Shown piece after piece: positions 24,487 through 24,650 of a stretch of 24,650 nt of DNA. The stretch is from IMG/VR virus record IMGVR_UViG_3300020202_000065. The stretch is one strand, 5' to 3'. The stretch is from a virus. A program made the position numbers and the translations under genes. Position 1 is the stretch's first letter, and every line of letters starts with the position of its first letter. Below the pieces are notes generated by a model that worked only from the letters and a program-made list of their open reading frames with translations, made no database searches and was not told the DNA's origin.

Positions 24487-24650
24487 ACTTTGCCCCCTTT
24501 CCGATAAACCTTTGATCCTGCCTGCTCTAATCGATTCTCCATGAACTTCAATATGAACCCGGCCGTCCACGTAGGTTTTCCCATCAATTTCACCGGCGGC
24601 GGCAACTCCCCACGCCTCACCGCCCGCTTCACACTGATCTCAGACTTCTC
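24474..24650 (-). CDS. AlpA/excisionase-like HTH protein, C-terminal part (starts beyond right edge)
   Basis: Own translation: EKSEISVKRAVRRGELPPPVKLMGKPTWTAGFILKFMENRLEQAGSKVYRKGGKVCDG*; G.LP.P.KL....W wing motif; two genes upstream of integrase. Confidence 0.7.
   Translation of the reverse strand, partial: EKSEISVKRAVRRGELPPPVKLMGKPTWTAGFILKFMENRLEQAGSKVYRKGGKVCDG

Larger units (their letters stand above)
1..24650 (-). mobile_element. Temperate phage early/replication/recombination arm, probably in excised (attP) configuration
   Basis: Co-oriented tightly packed genes incl. integrase, Xis-like HTH, replication initiator + DnaC-like loader, MTase, exonuclease, many small hypotheticals; tRNA-fragment att core with arm repeats on both sides; no host housekeeping operon. 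Confidence 0.9.

Noticed and set aside
837-24507. Numerous other plus-strand and alternate-frame ORFs in the track
   Set aside because: They overlap motif-bearing minus-strand genes, lack motifs/RBS and are expected in GC-rich DNA

Overview
The whole window is one arm of a temperate phage (early/integration/replication/recombination region), with essentially all genes on the minus strand and many coupled by ATGA-type overlaps. Reading right to left: a partial AlpA/Xis-like HTH gene, a secreted protein, a tyrosine integrase, an accessory block (ATP-grasp, cupin, TrpF-like barrel, NYN), small hypotheticals, a Rad50/SMC-like ATPase, a beta-class DNA methyltransferase, an ASCH-like protein, a HerA-like ATPase with tandem winged-helix repeats, a replication initiator with internal iteron-like repeats, a DnaC-like loader, a second ASCH protein, a hairpin-bounded lipoprotein/membrane cassette, a RuvA lacking domain III, a Gp3-like recombination protein, a Cas4/RecB-like exonuclease, an acidic-tailed protein, two GT2 glycosyltransferases and a DnaG-like primase (cut by the left edge, absent from the ORF track) with an altered TOPRIM motif. 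The strongest observation is an apparently complete attP (tRNA-Pro 3' end plus matching arm-type repeats on both sides) lying inside the open integrase reading frame, so integration would rewrite the integrase C-terminus and split the operon. No virion structural genes, complete RNA genes or CRISPR arrays are visible. All family assignments come from motif recognition by eye, not database searches.
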